Positions 28,623-38,653 of a stretch of 51,075 bases of DNA are shown here, piece by piece; within the stretch, counting starts at the first letter, position 1; the number at the start of each line of letters is the position of its first letter. The notes beneath the pieces were generated by a model. It saw only the letters and a list, made by a program, of their open reading frames with translations. It made no database searches and had not been told where the DNA came from. Origin of the DNA: a virus (taxonomy: Duplodnaviria > Heunggongvirae > Uroviricota > Caudoviricetes); IMG/VR virus record IMGVR_UViG_2872698443_000004, positions 1 to 51,075 of that record, one strand, 5' to 3'. Both the position numbers and the translations under genes were made by a program.

Positions 28623-29768
28623 ATGGCACAGGGCTTGCCTGTATCAAACGTTGTTAATGTTGATGTGATCATGTCGCCGCGTGCAGCATCAGGGCGAAAT
28701 TTTGGTGCATTACTCATTCTCGGCCCGTCCACAATCATTCCGGTAAGTGAGCGCATTCGTCGTTATTCTGCCGCGGAAGATATTGGAAAAGATTTTGGCG
28801 TGGAATCACCAGAATATAAAGCTGCGCAGGTGTTTTTCTCACAATCACCGAAACCTCAGGAGGTTTTTGTTGGTCGTTGGGTGAAAACGAAGGGAGACAG
28901 CGAACAGGCCACGACTGAGACGCTGGAGCAGGCTGTGAATGCCATGCTCGATTATACTTCATGGTATGGGTTGGGGATTGCAGACGATGCAGATATTCCG
29001 GATGCAGACTGGCTGAAAGTGGCTGCGGCGATCGAATCCTCTTCTGTAAGCCGTATTCTGGCGATTACGACAAGCGATGAGAAATGCCTGCAGACTGCAT
29101 CCAGCGATGATTTGGCATCAAAACTGAAAACCGCCGGATATTCACGCAGTTTTATTCAGTATTCATCGGGTAATAAATACGCTGCGTTATCTGCATTTGG
29201 CCGGGCATTCACGGTTAATTTCAATGGCAGTAATACCGCGATTACGCTCAAGTTTAAGCAGGAGCCGGGTGTCGGGTATGAAACACTGACAGTCAGTCAG
29301 GCATCGGCACTTGATGCAAAAAACTGCAATGTGTTCGTGTACTACCAGAATGATACAGCTATCCTCCAGCAGGGAGTGATGGCTAACGGCGATTTCTTTG
29401 ATGAACGCCACGGCCTGGACTGGTTACAGAATTATGTGCAGACCAACCTCTATAACCTGCTTTATACCAGCACCACGAAAGTTCCCCAGACTGAAGCCGG
29501 TATTACCCGACTGTTATCAAATGTTGAAAAATCACTGGATCAGGCCGTTCAGAATGGACTGATTGCTCCGGGCGTATGGAACGGGGGCGACCTTGGTCAG
29601 TTGTCATCAGGTGACACACTGCCCAAAGGTTATTACGTATACGCCCAGCCGCTGGATGAACAGGCACAATCAGAACGTGAAGCCCGTAAGGCTCCGGTGA
29701 TTCAGGCTGCAATAAAACTTGCAGGCGCGGTTCATTACGCTGACGTACAGATTAACGTTGTTCGCTAA
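28623..29768 (+). CDS. Tail sheath protein (contractile tail)
   Basis: 381 aa, followed by tube gene, chaperone and tape measure; classic myovirus order. Confidence 0.6.
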   Translation: MAQGLPVSNVVNVDVIMSPRAASGRNFGALLILGPSTIIPVSERIRRYSAAEDIGKDFGVESPEYKAAQVFFSQSPKPQEVFVGRWVKTKGDSEQATTETLEQAVNAMLDYTSWYGLGIADDADIPDADWLKVAAAIESSSVSRILAITTSDEKCLQTASSDDLASKLKTAGYSRSFIQYSSGNKYAALSAFGRAFTVNFNGSNTAITLKFKQEPGVGYETLTVSQASALDAKNCNVFVYYQNDTAILQQGVMANGDFFDERHGLDWLQNYVQTNLYNLLYTSTTKVPQTEAGITRLLSNVEKSLDQAVQNGLIAPGVWNGGDLGQLSSGDTLPKGYYVYAQPLDEQAQSEREARKAPVIQAAIKLAGAVHYADVQINVVR

Positions 29769-29778
29769 GGGGAAGTGA

Positions 29779-30219
29779 ATGTCTACCTATTCTTTTATGG
29801 ATGTCACTGCGACGCTGACCGGGCCGACCGGTTCGATTGACCTCGGGTACGGTTCTGCAAGTTCTGAAGAGGGGATTGTGGTTGCGATGGGCGGTCCTAA
29901 AAACACCATGACCATCGGTGCTGATGGCGAAGTGATGCACAGTCTCCATGCAGATAAAAGCGGGACGATTACCGTTAATCTTCTGAAGACATCACCGACA
30001 AATAAAAAATTGTCGCTGGCGTATAACGCACAGAGCCAGTCTTCTGCCACATGGGGGAATAACGTTATTGTGATCCGAAACAAGGTCAGCGGCGACATCA
30101 TCACGGCACGTAGTGTTGCGTTCCAGAAACAACCGGATAACGCCAACGCTAAAACCGGTAATACGATGCCGTGGGTGTTTGACTGCGGCAAGATTGACCA
30201 GGTTCTCGGGGAGTTTTAA
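29779..30219 (+). CDS. Tail tube protein
   Basis: 146 aa, between sheath and chaperone. Confidence 0.55.
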   Translation: MSTYSFMDVTATLTGPTGSIDLGYGSASSEEGIVVAMGGPKNTMTIGADGEVMHSLHADKSGTITVNLLKTSPTNKKLSLAYNAQSQSSATWGNNVIVIRNKVSGDIITARSVAFQKQPDNANAKTGNTMPWVFDCGKIDQVLGEF

Positions 30220-30222
30220 TAC

Positions 30223-30675
30223 ATGGAATTCGAAATCAAAGGCGTGAAATATCGCGCGGCAAAACTCAGCGTTTTTGACCAGCTGAAAGTGACCCGCAAA
30301 CTTCTGCCGGTGCTGGCAGGAATGATGTCAGATTTCGGGAGCATTCGCTCCCGTTTGCCTGCTGATGGCAAAATCGACACCGTGAAATTCGAGCAGTTAA
30401 AACCGGTGTTTGAAACCATGCTCCCGCGTATCGCTGAGGAACTGTCTTCCCTGACCGAAGATGACACCAGTGCGATTATTCATCCTTGCCTGGCCGTAGT
30501 GTCACGTAAGCACATGGACGGATGGACGCCGGTATTCAACAGCGGTCAGCTGATGTTCGATGATATCGACCTGCTAACCATGCTGCAGCTGGTGGCGCGG
30601 GTGGTCGCCGATTCGCTGGGAAATTTTTTGCCTACACCCCTTACCAGCACGGCGCAGAGCCTGCAACAGGGCTGA
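30223..30675 (+). CDS. Tail assembly chaperone
   Basis: 150 aa immediately upstream of tape measure; slippery heptamer T-TTT-TTG at 30624-30630. Confidence 0.6.
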   Translation: MEFEIKGVKYRAAKLSVFDQLKVTRKLLPVLAGMMSDFGSIRSRLPADGKIDTVKFEQLKPVFETMLPRIAEELSSLTEDDTSAIIHPCLAVVSRKHMDGWTPVFNSGQLMFDDIDLLTMLQLVARVVADSLGNFLPTPLTSTAQSLQQG

Positions 30676-30861
30676 CGTTTAACAGCCTGCCGGACGGGCT
30701 GTCTTACCTTCTCAATCCGGTTGACGCCGGGTTAATTCCTTATACAGCACTTAAAGATGGCTCTGTCGATTTGTACGACATTGCTCTCTTGAATGACCAT
30801 CTGGCGGTAAAAGCGGATAACCAGCGGCGCATTGAGAAATGGAGAGAGGATAATGAACGCT
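30624..30861 (+). other. Candidate -1 programmed frameshift site and extension of tail chaperone
   Basis: After TTTTTTG the -1 frame stays open for ~77 codons and stops at 30859-30861 just inside the tape-measure gene. Confidence 0.45.
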
Positions 30862-32841
30862 GAAACTATTAAAGATTTCCTCGTCTCGCTTGGCTTCAGT
30901 GTGGATGAGGCAGGCGCGAAAAAGTTCGGTTCTGTCCTCGCCGGTACAACTGCAAATGTCATCAAAATGGGGCTGGCTGTTGAAGGAGCTGCACTGTCCG
31001 TGGTGGCCTTTACGGCTAAGATTGCCTCCGGCCTGGATAATCTTTACTGGGCGTCACAGCGCACCGGCGCGACAGTCCAGGGAATTCAGTCTATTGGCTA
31101 TGCGGTTTCGCAGGTTGGCGGCAGCGTGGACGCTGCGCGATCTTCTCTGGAAAGCCTCTCCCGGTTTATTCGTAACAATCCCGGAGCAGAAGGCTTTCTG
31201 AATCGCCTGGGCGTACAGACCCGTGATGCAAGCGGTAACATGCGTGACATGGCCGCTATTTTTACGGGCGTTGGACAGAAACTCAGCAGCATGCCGTATT
31301 ACCGGGCTAACCAGTATGCGCAGATGCTGGGCATTGACGAAAATACCCTTATGGCGATGCGCCGGGGTGTGGGTGGTTTCTCCGGGCAGTACAGCGCAAT
31401 GGCGAAAGCTATCGGTTTCAATGCTGACGAGGCGGCCAGAAGCTCCAACAAATTCATGACCTCCCTGCGCGAGTTCGGCTCGATGGCAGGCATGGCCCGT
31501 GACAAAATCGGCTCTAATCTTGCGGGTGGGCTTGCGGGTTCGCTGGACACCCTGCGCCGCCATATCCTGGACAACTTCCCTCGTATCGAGCAGACCCTGA
31601 CGAAAGCCATAAAAGGCATTCTGGCGATCGGGGATATTATCGGGCGGCTGTTCTTCAGGCTAATTGAGGGAACATCCAGCCTTATCACCTGGTGGCAATC
31701 GCTGGATAAGCAAACGCGGGAGCTTATCTCGCTGTTTGGCGCGCTGACGATTGCGCTGCGCATTCTGAACAGTACGTTCTGGATGTCGCCGATTGGCCTC
31801 ATTACCGCGCTGGCGGCGGGGATTGCCCTTCTGTGGGAGGACTATCAGACCTGGAAGGAAGGCGGCGACAGCCTGATTGACTGGGGCAAGTGGAAGCCGG
31901 AGGTCGATGCCGCGCTGAAGATGGTTCGTGACCTGAAAGGGTCTGTTAATGAACTGGCGAAAGCGCTGGCGAAACTGCTCAATATTGACCCCAAATCATG
32001 GTCCCTGAAGTGGGATTTCAGCAACTTCATCGACCAGATGGGCGAATTCAGCAAAATGCTGAACATGATCGCCGACCTGCTCAACGCTATCAAAGATGGC
32101 CGCTGGGCTGATGCCGTCAGCATCGGCAAACAGATACTTAATCAGGGCAGCGAAAATCCGTCAGCGATGCCGATGGTTACAGACAGCGCTAACAGTACTG
32201 CCGACTGGATTAAAGAGCACTGGGGATTCGATCCCCGCAGTGTGGGCCGGACGGTACGCGGCTGGTTTGGTGATGATGAGCCGGAACAATATGCACAGGC
32301 TACGAAACGAGGAGAACGGAATAACAATCCGGGAAACCTTAATTTTGCTGGTCAGGCAGGGGCTTCTCTTGAACGCCCGGGCGGGCGATTTGCCAGATTT
32401 GAAACTGCTTTTGATGGATTACGGGCTCTTGCTCGTCAGTTAATGCTGTACGCCGGACGTGGAATAAACAGCGTGGAGAAAATTATCTCTACCTGGGCAC
32501 CTGCGGCTGATAATAACAACACAACTGCGTATATCAGGGCTGTATCGCAACGACTGGGAGTGGATCCCCGGGCTGCCCTGAATATGAGCAATCCGCAAAC
32601 CATGTCAGCATTGATGAGCAGCATTATCCAGCATGAGAATGGAAGAAATATCTATTCTCGAGAGCTGATTAATAAGGCTGCCGTGGCGGGAATTAGTGGC
32701 AAAGTGACAGAGGTTAACCAGCAAAATACCTACCACATTTACGGTGGCGGAGATCCGCACGCTGTCGGTAATGAGGTTGCACGTCGGCAACAGTCTGCAA
32801 ATGCTCAGGTCATGCGAAGTAATCAGGTGAGGGTGGGTTAG
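30853..32841 (+). CDS. Tail tape measure protein
   Basis: 662 aa from ATG 30853 (GAGAGGATA SD); long helical/TM-rich protein. Confidence 0.75.
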   Translation: MNAETIKDFLVSLGFSVDEAGAKKFGSVLAGTTANVIKMGLAVEGAALSVVAFTAKIASGLDNLYWASQRTGATVQGIQSIGYAVSQVGGSVDAARSSLESLSRFIRNNPGAEGFLNRLGVQTRDASGNMRDMAAIFTGVGQKLSSMPYYRANQYAQMLGIDENTLMAMRRGVGGFSGQYSAMAKAIGFNADEAARSSNKFMTSLREFGSMAGMARDKIGSNLAGGLAGSLDTLRRHILDNFPRIEQTLTKAIKGILAIGDIIGRLFFRLIEGTSSLITWWQSLDKQTRELISLFGALTIALRILNSTFWMSPIGLITALAAGIALLWEDYQTWKEGGDSLIDWGKWKPEVDAALKMVRDLKGSVNELAKALAKLLNIDPKSWSLKWDFSNFIDQMGEFSKMLNMIADLLNAIKDGRWADAVSIGKQILNQGSENPSAMPMVTDSANSTADWIKEHWGFDPRSVGRTVRGWFGDDEPEQYAQATKRGERNNNPGNLNFAGQAGASLERPGGRFARFETAFDGLRALARQLMLYAGRGINSVEKIISTWAPAADNNNTTAYIRAVSQRLGVDPRAALNMSNPQTMSALMSSIIQHENGRNIYSRELINKAAVAGISGKVTEVNQQNTYHIYGGGDPHAVGNEVARRQQSANAQVMRSNQVRVG

Positions 32842-33428
32842 TGGATATTCTCTCTACACTTTTTCATCAGCAGAGCAGAAAAATAGGAATGATTGTTCCC
32901 AGTGTTGTTATTTCAGAGAAGCATACAGATATGCTTGAAATAACAGAGCATCCGGTAGAGGTCGGGGCCGCTGTCGCTGATCATGCCTATAAAAAACCGT
33001 CAGAAGTGGTGATGGAGGTTGGTTTCGCCGGTGGCGGTGCATTGCTGGATTTTGCCAGTAATCTGACGGCTACCAGCATGCTCGGCCTGAGTCCTCAGCA
33101 GACGTATCAGGAGCTACTGGATCTGCAGGAAAGCCGTATCCCCTTCGATGTGGTAACCGGTAAACGGCTGTACAGCAACATGTTGATCCGGGCGCTGGAA
33201 GTGACGACGGACAAGACAACCGAAAACGTCCTGTCCGCCGTCCTCACCCTGAGGGAGGTCCTTATCTCCCGGACACAGCAGATCACTGTCGCTGATAAAA
33301 CCAACATGAAGGAAGGGGCCAGCACGTCGGCGGTACAGAACAGCGGCAACAAAACCACAAAGCCTCCAGATACTTCACTGCTGAAAAGCATCACGGGTAA
33401 CGTGGCGTCATTACTGGGGGGCGGTTGA
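32841..33428 (+). CDS. Tail protein (Mu gp43-like position)
   Basis: 195 aa, synteny after tape measure. Confidence 0.45.
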   Translation: MDILSTLFHQQSRKIGMIVPSVVISEKHTDMLEITEHPVEVGAAVADHAYKKPSEVVMEVGFAGGGALLDFASNLTATSMLGLSPQQTYQELLDLQESRIPFDVVTGKRLYSNMLIRALEVTTDKTTENVLSAVLTLREVLISRTQQITVADKTNMKEGASTSAVQNSGNKTTKPPDTSLLKSITGNVASLLGGG

Positions 33429-33730
33429 TGACAATTCAGGAAATTCCGCTGACAGCGGATAACCAGCAGTTCAGTATCGCCCTGAGCGGTGTCACCTGGC
33501 GGATTAGCATCATATGGCGAGATCCTTACTGGATTATGGACCTGCAGAACGACAGAGGAGAGCCGGTAATCTCCGGTATTCCTCTCGTCACTGGCGCTGA
33601 TCTGCTGGCGCAGTACGCCTGTATGGGGCTTGGTTTTAAGCTGTTGGTGGTCTGCGATGACAACACACAGGATTATCCCACGAAAACTGACCTGGGCAGT
33701 CGCAGCCATTTACTGGTATCAACGGAGTAA
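33425..33730 (+). CDS. Small tail/baseplate protein
   Basis: 101 aa, coupled. Confidence 0.4.
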   Translation: MMTIQEIPLTADNQQFSIALSGVTWRISIIWRDPYWIMDLQNDRGEPVISGIPLVTGADLLAQYACMGLGFKLLVVCDDNTQDYPTKTDLGSRSHLLVSTE

Positions 33731-33732
33731 GC

Positions 33733-34800
33733 ATGTCACAGAACTGGATGAGACATTTCGAGCTGCAGCTTGTGGACGGGAACGGTCAGGGAATTGAGCT
33801 AAGTGATTTCAAAGTCACCTTTACGATCGACTGGTTCAACATCAGCAGCGCGTCCCGGGTAGGGACTATCAAAATTTATAACCTCTCGGCAGATACTGTG
33901 AACCGAATTACCGGGCAGGAGTTTTCGAAAGTGCGTCTGATTGCGGGTTACGACGGTATCGCGCCGGAGGTGTCGGCAAGCGATGTCGGGACCGTGCGGG
34001 AGGTTGATGCGGCGGACGTGGGCCAGAGTGATGGCCGCAACTACGGACTGATTTTCAGCGGTGAAATTCGCTACTCGGTCACAGGAAAAGACAGCCCGGT
34101 TGATTCCTACGTCCTGATTCAGGCAGCCGATACAGATCTGGCTTTTGCCACCAGTATAACCTCACAGACGCTGGCTGCCGGTTACACGGTCGCTGATGTG
34201 AACCGTGCGCTGATGAAAGACTTCGAAGCCAAAGGTGCGACCGAAGGCCTGACGCCTGAAATGCCTGCTACTGTATTCCCCCGGGGGCGGGTACTCTTTG
34301 GCATGACGCGGCATCTTATGGATAATGTAGCCGGGCAATGTGGCGCAACATGGCAATTCGTGGATGGTCAACGCCAGATGGTGGCGAATAATGAATATGT
34401 TCACGAAGCGATTGTGCTCAACAGCGCTACCGGGCTTATTGGCATGCCGCAGCAGACTATCGGTAACGGCGTAAACGTCCGCGCGCTTATTAATCCGAAC
34501 ATCCGGGTTAACGGGCTCATTCAACTGGATCAGGCTTCAGTGTATCGTACCGCGTTGTCGAACAACGATATCGCGATGGCCGGTGGGCAGATCACCGACC
34601 AGAACACGGACGGAAATATTACGCTAAGCGGCACCACATCGCAGCCTGCCAGCATCGCAACGGATGGCGTTTATATTGTGCGTGGGATTATGTACACTGG
34701 CGACACAAGGGGGCAGGCGTGGTACATGGATATGATGTGTGAAGCACGTGGCGCGGCTGATCTACTTTCGTCCTCAGCGCAGCAAAGGATTTATTCATGA
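33733..34800 (+). CDS. Baseplate hub protein (Mu gp44 / P2 gpD-like)
   Basis: 355 aa, synteny. Confidence 0.5.
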   Translation: MSQNWMRHFELQLVDGNGQGIELSDFKVTFTIDWFNISSASRVGTIKIYNLSADTVNRITGQEFSKVRLIAGYDGIAPEVSASDVGTVREVDAADVGQSDGRNYGLIFSGEIRYSVTGKDSPVDSYVLIQAADTDLAFATSITSQTLAAGYTVADVNRALMKDFEAKGATEGLTPEMPATVFPRGRVLFGMTRHLMDNVAGQCGATWQFVDGQRQMVANNEYVHEAIVLNSATGLIGMPQQTIGNGVNVRALINPNIRVNGLIQLDQASVYRTALSNNDIAMAGGQITDQNTDGNITLSGTTSQPASIATDGVYIVRGIMYTGDTRGQAWYMDMMCEARGAADLLSSSAQQRIYS

Positions 34801-35144
34801 AGCGTATGAAGTTAGTTTTGACAATTTCGTTATTATTTTCTTGTTCAGCAGCTTTTGCTGATTTGCAATGCGGCGGATATCTACTTCATGCAGCTGATAA
34901 CGGTTGGACAAAAATCAACGGTGAGCAGGTAACATCACAGAAGATTACGTTTCTTGGTAAGAAAGATGACTGGGACAACGTTAAAACTAACATGGGCCTG
35001 ATGCCTTCTCGCGATGGCAACAATTACGGCTTTGAGTTTGTGAAGCGTAACGGAAAAGCTTTCCTGAACGTCCAGCTTCTGCAGAACAGCATGGATGCGC
35101 CTAAAATCATCGGATCTTTCCCGTGTAAAAAGGTTGATGGTTAA
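34797..35144 (+). CDS. Cargo gene A: small secreted protein with cleavable signal peptide
   Basis: MKRMKLVLTISLLFSCSAAFA then DLQCGG; two Cys; AT-rich; ATGA-coupled to baseplate hub stop; AAGGA SD. Confidence 0.6.
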   Translation: MKRMKLVLTISLLFSCSAAFADLQCGGYLLHAADNGWTKINGEQVTSQKITFLGKKDDWDNVKTNMGLMPSRDGNNYGFEFVKRNGKAFLNVQLLQNSMDAPKIIGSFPCKKVDG

Positions 35145-35312
35145 CCAAAAGTTACATTTCTGCATAGTGTTGAGTTTGTTCACATTCACTAAATAATGAT
35201 TTTTTATCGCTTGCTAGGTGGTTGCATGATCACTAAACTTTGCGAACTTTTAGCGCTCAGCTAACTTTGAATAAGTGGTGTATAGTCGTTTAAAACGACA
35301 GAGGGATTGGGT

Positions 35313-35885
35313 ATGGCGATTAGCTACGCATTTGCGCTGGCAACAATTACACAACAAATGAATCAGGTTCAGGAAGCTGTTAACGGTGCTTTCAAACCCC
35401 TGATCTCTAATGCTTGTGAACTGCCACAACGATTAGATGCTGAAGAGGTATTTCGTCGTTGTACCGCGATTGCTGCACGCGCTCAAGAAATCGAAAATAC
35501 CGCGAAGGAAGGCATGTCTCATCTCGAAGCTTTTCGAAATGGGAGAATCATTGTTGATGAGCTTCCGGAAGAGTTTTTATCCCATCTCGAAGGTCTTGCC
35601 AAGGCATGCCGAAATGCTAAAGGACATTTAGTGGATATGTTCTCTGAAGCGGAAAGATCCCCTATGTGGCAAGGCCATCTGCAAATGTTGCGCCCATTAA
35701 AACGCAAATATGTTCGTGCGTTGACCGCCGTCGAGAACACTGCAACTCAGTTGGCCGCTGAAGTTAGGCAATCGCAGCCTTTCCAGGCTGAACTCTTGTC
35801 AGATAATGTTACCCGTGAAGAGGCTATTGAACTGATCTCAACATCGCATAAGATGCTGGGAGCCAACGCCCCTAAATGGATGTGA
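35313..35885 (+). CDS. Cargo gene B: hypothetical helical protein (190 aa)
   Basis: ATG 35313 with GAGGG SD (track ORF begins with TTG 35307); no signal peptide; stop 1 nt before gene C start. Confidence 0.55.
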   Translation: MAISYAFALATITQQMNQVQEAVNGAFKPLISNACELPQRLDAEEVFRRCTAIAARAQEIENTAKEGMSHLEAFRNGRIIVDELPEEFLSHLEGLAKACRNAKGHLVDMFSEAERSPMWQGHLQMLRPLKRKYVRALTAVENTATQLAAEVRQSQPFQAELLSDNVTREEAIELISTSHKMLGANAPKWM

Positions 35886-35886
35886 C

Positions 35887-36303
35887 ATGGCAAAAGTCAG
35901 TATCACGGGAGAATTGCGTCATTTAGCTGCAGCACATAAGTATGCTCAAATGCTTGCCGATTATATTTCAAAGGGTTCCCAGTTCTGGTGTTTTGGTTCG
36001 TTAGGCGGTTTTGAACGTAACTATGATGCGATGGCTGCCAACATCAGGAAAATTCACTTAAAGCTACCTGGCGATAAACCCTGGCCTCCAGAAGCATCTC
36101 TGAGTGAACGGACATGTGATAATTTTTTGGTATATGCTCAGCATCTTTATATCGATGAACACTATCAGATATTGGCAATCATCAGCCCAAACGCTCATCA
36201 GCAAGCTGATTCGATGCTTCCCCGGCTGATAAAATTAGCAGAGGAAACCTTCATAGAACTTCCTCCTGATGAACTCGAAAAATTGAAAACCTACGATTCA
36301 TAA
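35887..36303 (+). CDS. Cargo gene C: possible YafO-like toxin (138 aa)
   Basis: Central segment IHLKLP...RTCDNFLVYAQH...ILAIISPNAH resembles recalled YafO-family pattern; tightly coupled to gene B. Confidence 0.4.
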   Translation: MAKVSITGELRHLAAAHKYAQMLADYISKGSQFWCFGSLGGFERNYDAMAANIRKIHLKLPGDKPWPPEASLSERTCDNFLVYAQHLYIDEHYQILAIISPNAHQQADSMLPRLIKLAEETFIELPPDELEKLKTYDS

Positions 36304-36304
36304 A

Positions 36305-36326
36305 CCCGCCACCCGGCGGGTTTTTT
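36305..36326 (+). terminator. Rho-independent terminator closing the cargo cassette
   Basis: CCCGCC-ACCC-GGCGGG hairpin followed by TTTTTT. Confidence 0.6.
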
Positions 36327-36345
36327 GCTTTCTGGAGCCTACTAA

Positions 36346-37101
36346 ATGGCAGTATCTGACCAGACCCGCAGCGGCGACCTTGCTGAAACATTCAAATCTG
36401 AACGGGAAACAACAAAGAACCAGATCCGAGTCGCTTTGCCTGGCATCGTCCAGTCATTCGATCCTGACGCTGTGACGGCGGTTGTGCAGCCTTCTATCCG
36501 TTCGGTTGAAACGGATAACGACGGCAATCGCGTTACCAAAAATTACCCGCTGCTGGTGGATGTGCCGGTGGTATTCCCGCGCGGCGGAGGCTGCACGCTG
36601 ACCTTTCCGGTAAAAGAAGGCGACGAGTGCCTGCTGATCTTTTCCGACCGTTGTATCGATTTCTGGTGGCAGAGCGGCGGCGTTCAGGAGACCGTCGACC
36701 CGCGCCAGCATGACTTGTCTGATGCGTTCGCCATCGTTGGCCCGCAGTCGCAAGCACAGAAAATCAGCGGTATCAGTACCAGCGCCGCGCAGCTGCGAAC
36801 CGATGATGGTGCGGCGTTCGTAGAGGTTGCCGCAGGACATAACATCACCGTTCAAACACCGGGCCAGCTCACGGCTACGGCTGAAGGTGGAACAACAATC
36901 ACATCCCCGACTATCACGCTGAACGGCAACGTAACGATTAATGGCAATCTGTCTCAGGGAATGGGCGAAAGTGGCGGTACTGCGACGATGCTTGGGCCGG
37001 TGACGGTGACTAACGATGTAAAAGCTGGTGGTAAGAGCCTGATGACGCACACGCACGGCGGAGTACAGACCGGCGGCGGTAACACAGGAGCGCCTAACTG
37101 A
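36346..37101 (+). CDS. Baseplate spike protein (Mu gp45 / P2 gpV-like)
   Basis: 251 aa, Gly-rich C-terminus; synteny. Confidence 0.5.
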   Translation: MAVSDQTRSGDLAETFKSERETTKNQIRVALPGIVQSFDPDAVTAVVQPSIRSVETDNDGNRVTKNYPLLVDVPVVFPRGGGCTLTFPVKEGDECLLIFSDRCIDFWWQSGGVQETVDPRQHDLSDAFAIVGPQSQAQKISGISTSAAQLRTDDGAAFVEVAAGHNITVQTPGQLTATAEGGTTITSPTITLNGNVTINGNLSQGMGESGGTATMLGPVTVTNDVKAGGKSLMTHTHGGVQTGGGNTGAPN

Positions 37102-37454
37102 TGCGATACAGACGTGAAGACGCCGATGGCGATTATACCTTTGGCAGCGGTGATGACACCTGGCTGATTAACTCACCGGAGGCCGTGGCGCAGGCGGTAA
37201 AAACGCGATTCGAATTGTGGTATGGGCAATGGTTTCTCGATACCACAGAGGGAACACCGTGGATCCAGTCCGTGCTGGGCAGGCAAAAACCAGAAACTTA
37301 CAACCTGGCGATCCGTAAGCGCATCCTCGAAACGCAGGGCGTTAAATCAATCCTCTCTTTCAATACGACGGTGGATACCACGACCCGACGTGTCATGTTT
37401 TCCGCTGAAATCGACACTCTCTATGGAATAACGACTGTTACATCGGAGGCGTAA
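37101..37454 (+). CDS. Baseplate protein (gp46 / gpW-like)
   Basis: 117 aa, synteny. Confidence 0.5.
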   Translation: MRYRREDADGDYTFGSGDDTWLINSPEAVAQAVKTRFELWYGQWFLDTTEGTPWIQSVLGRQKPETYNLAIRKRILETQGVKSILSFNTTVDTTTRRVMFSAEIDTLYGITTVTSEA

Positions 37455-38653
37455 TGGCTCTGAACCTTGATTCTCTCGGTTTATCTGCAAAGGTAACCGT
37501 GGAGGGGATCAGTGCGCCTGATTATCAGACGATACTCAGCACCCTGATTAGCTATTTTCAGCAGATTTATGGCAGTGATGCCTACCTCGAACCGGACAGC
37601 AAAGACGGCCAGATGGTGGCTCTGATGGCGCTGGCGATTCATGATGCCAATAATACTGCGATAACTGTCTACAACTGTTTTTCACCGGCAACCGGCTATG
37701 GGGCTGCACTGACCAGTAACGTGAAAATAAATGGTATTTCACGTAAAGGCGCGACGAACTCTACGGTTGATTTGCTTCTTACAGGAACTGCCGGAACAAC
37801 CATCATTAATGGCAGCGTGAAAGACAGTAATAATGTGATATGGCGTTTGCCTGCTTCAGTGGTGGTCGGCGTGGATGGTACAGTGATGGTGACCGCAACA
37901 TGTTCCGTCAGTGGTGCAGTGGCGGCGCTGGCTGGAACTATCACTGAAATTAATACGCCAACCCGTGGCTGGGTTTCGGTAACTAATCCTGCTGCGGCTA
38001 CTGTTGGCTCTCCGGCAGAAACTGACGCGGAGTTACGTATCCGCCAGTCACAAAGTGTTGCGTTGCCATCAATAACCCCATTTGAAGCACTGGATGGTGC
38101 TGTTTCTAATGTTACCGGTGTAACCCGCCACAAACTCTATGAAAACGATACTGGTTCGGAGGACGGTAACGGGTTACCGCCACACTCTGTTGCTGTAATT
38201 GTGGATGGCGGTGATGTGACGGATATTGCTCAGGCTATCAGAGGGAATAAAGGCCAGGGGACAGCCACTCACGGTACAACATCCGTTACGGTTCCGGATA
38301 AATACGGCAATCCCCATGTAATCAAATTCTCGCGTTCCAGTGATGTGCCTGTTTATGCCCTGATTAAATTAAAAGTTTTTACGGGTTATACCTCACAGAT
38401 AGGGCAGCAGATCCAGCAGGCTATTTCCGACTATATCAATAGTCTGACGATTGGTGATTCGGTCCTTTTAAGTCGCATTTACTCACCGGCGAATCTTGGC
38501 GTGGTGAGTGGCGGGAATGCACGCTATTACGATATTCAGGAACTGACGATTGGGAAATCCCCGGGGGCTTTGTCGTCATCAAACATTGATATCAGATACA
38601 ACGAATCTGCGTCCTGTACACCGGAAAATATCGTTATAACGGTGGAGTCATGA
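37454..38653 (+). CDS. Baseplate J-like protein
   Basis: 399 aa, synteny. Confidence 0.55.
   Translation: MALNLDSLGLSAKVTVEGISAPDYQTILSTLISYFQQIYGSDAYLEPDSKDGQMVALMALAIHDANNTAITVYNCFSPATGYGAALTSNVKINGISRKGATNSTVDLLLTGTAGTTIINGSVKDSNNVIWRLPASVVVGVDGTVMVTATCSVSGAVAALAGTITEINTPTRGWVSVTNPAAATVGSPAETDAELRIRQSQSVALPSITPFEALDGAVSNVTGVTRHKLYENDTGSEDGNGLPPHSVAVIVDGGDVTDIAQAIRGNKGQGTATHGTTSVTVPDKYGNPHVIKFSRSSDVPVYALIKLKVFTGYTSQIGQQIQQAISDYINSLTIGDSVLLSRIYSPANLGVVSGGNARYYDIQELTIGKSPGALSSSNIDIRYNESASCTPENIVITVES

Noticed and set aside
31054-31802. Minus-strand ORFs inside the tape-measure gene
   Set aside because: Antisense to a long, well-supported structural gene, with no start signals.
36454-37056. 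200-aa minus-strand ORF antisense to the baseplate spike gene
   Set aside because: Arg/His-rich antisense translation, with no ribosome-binding site.
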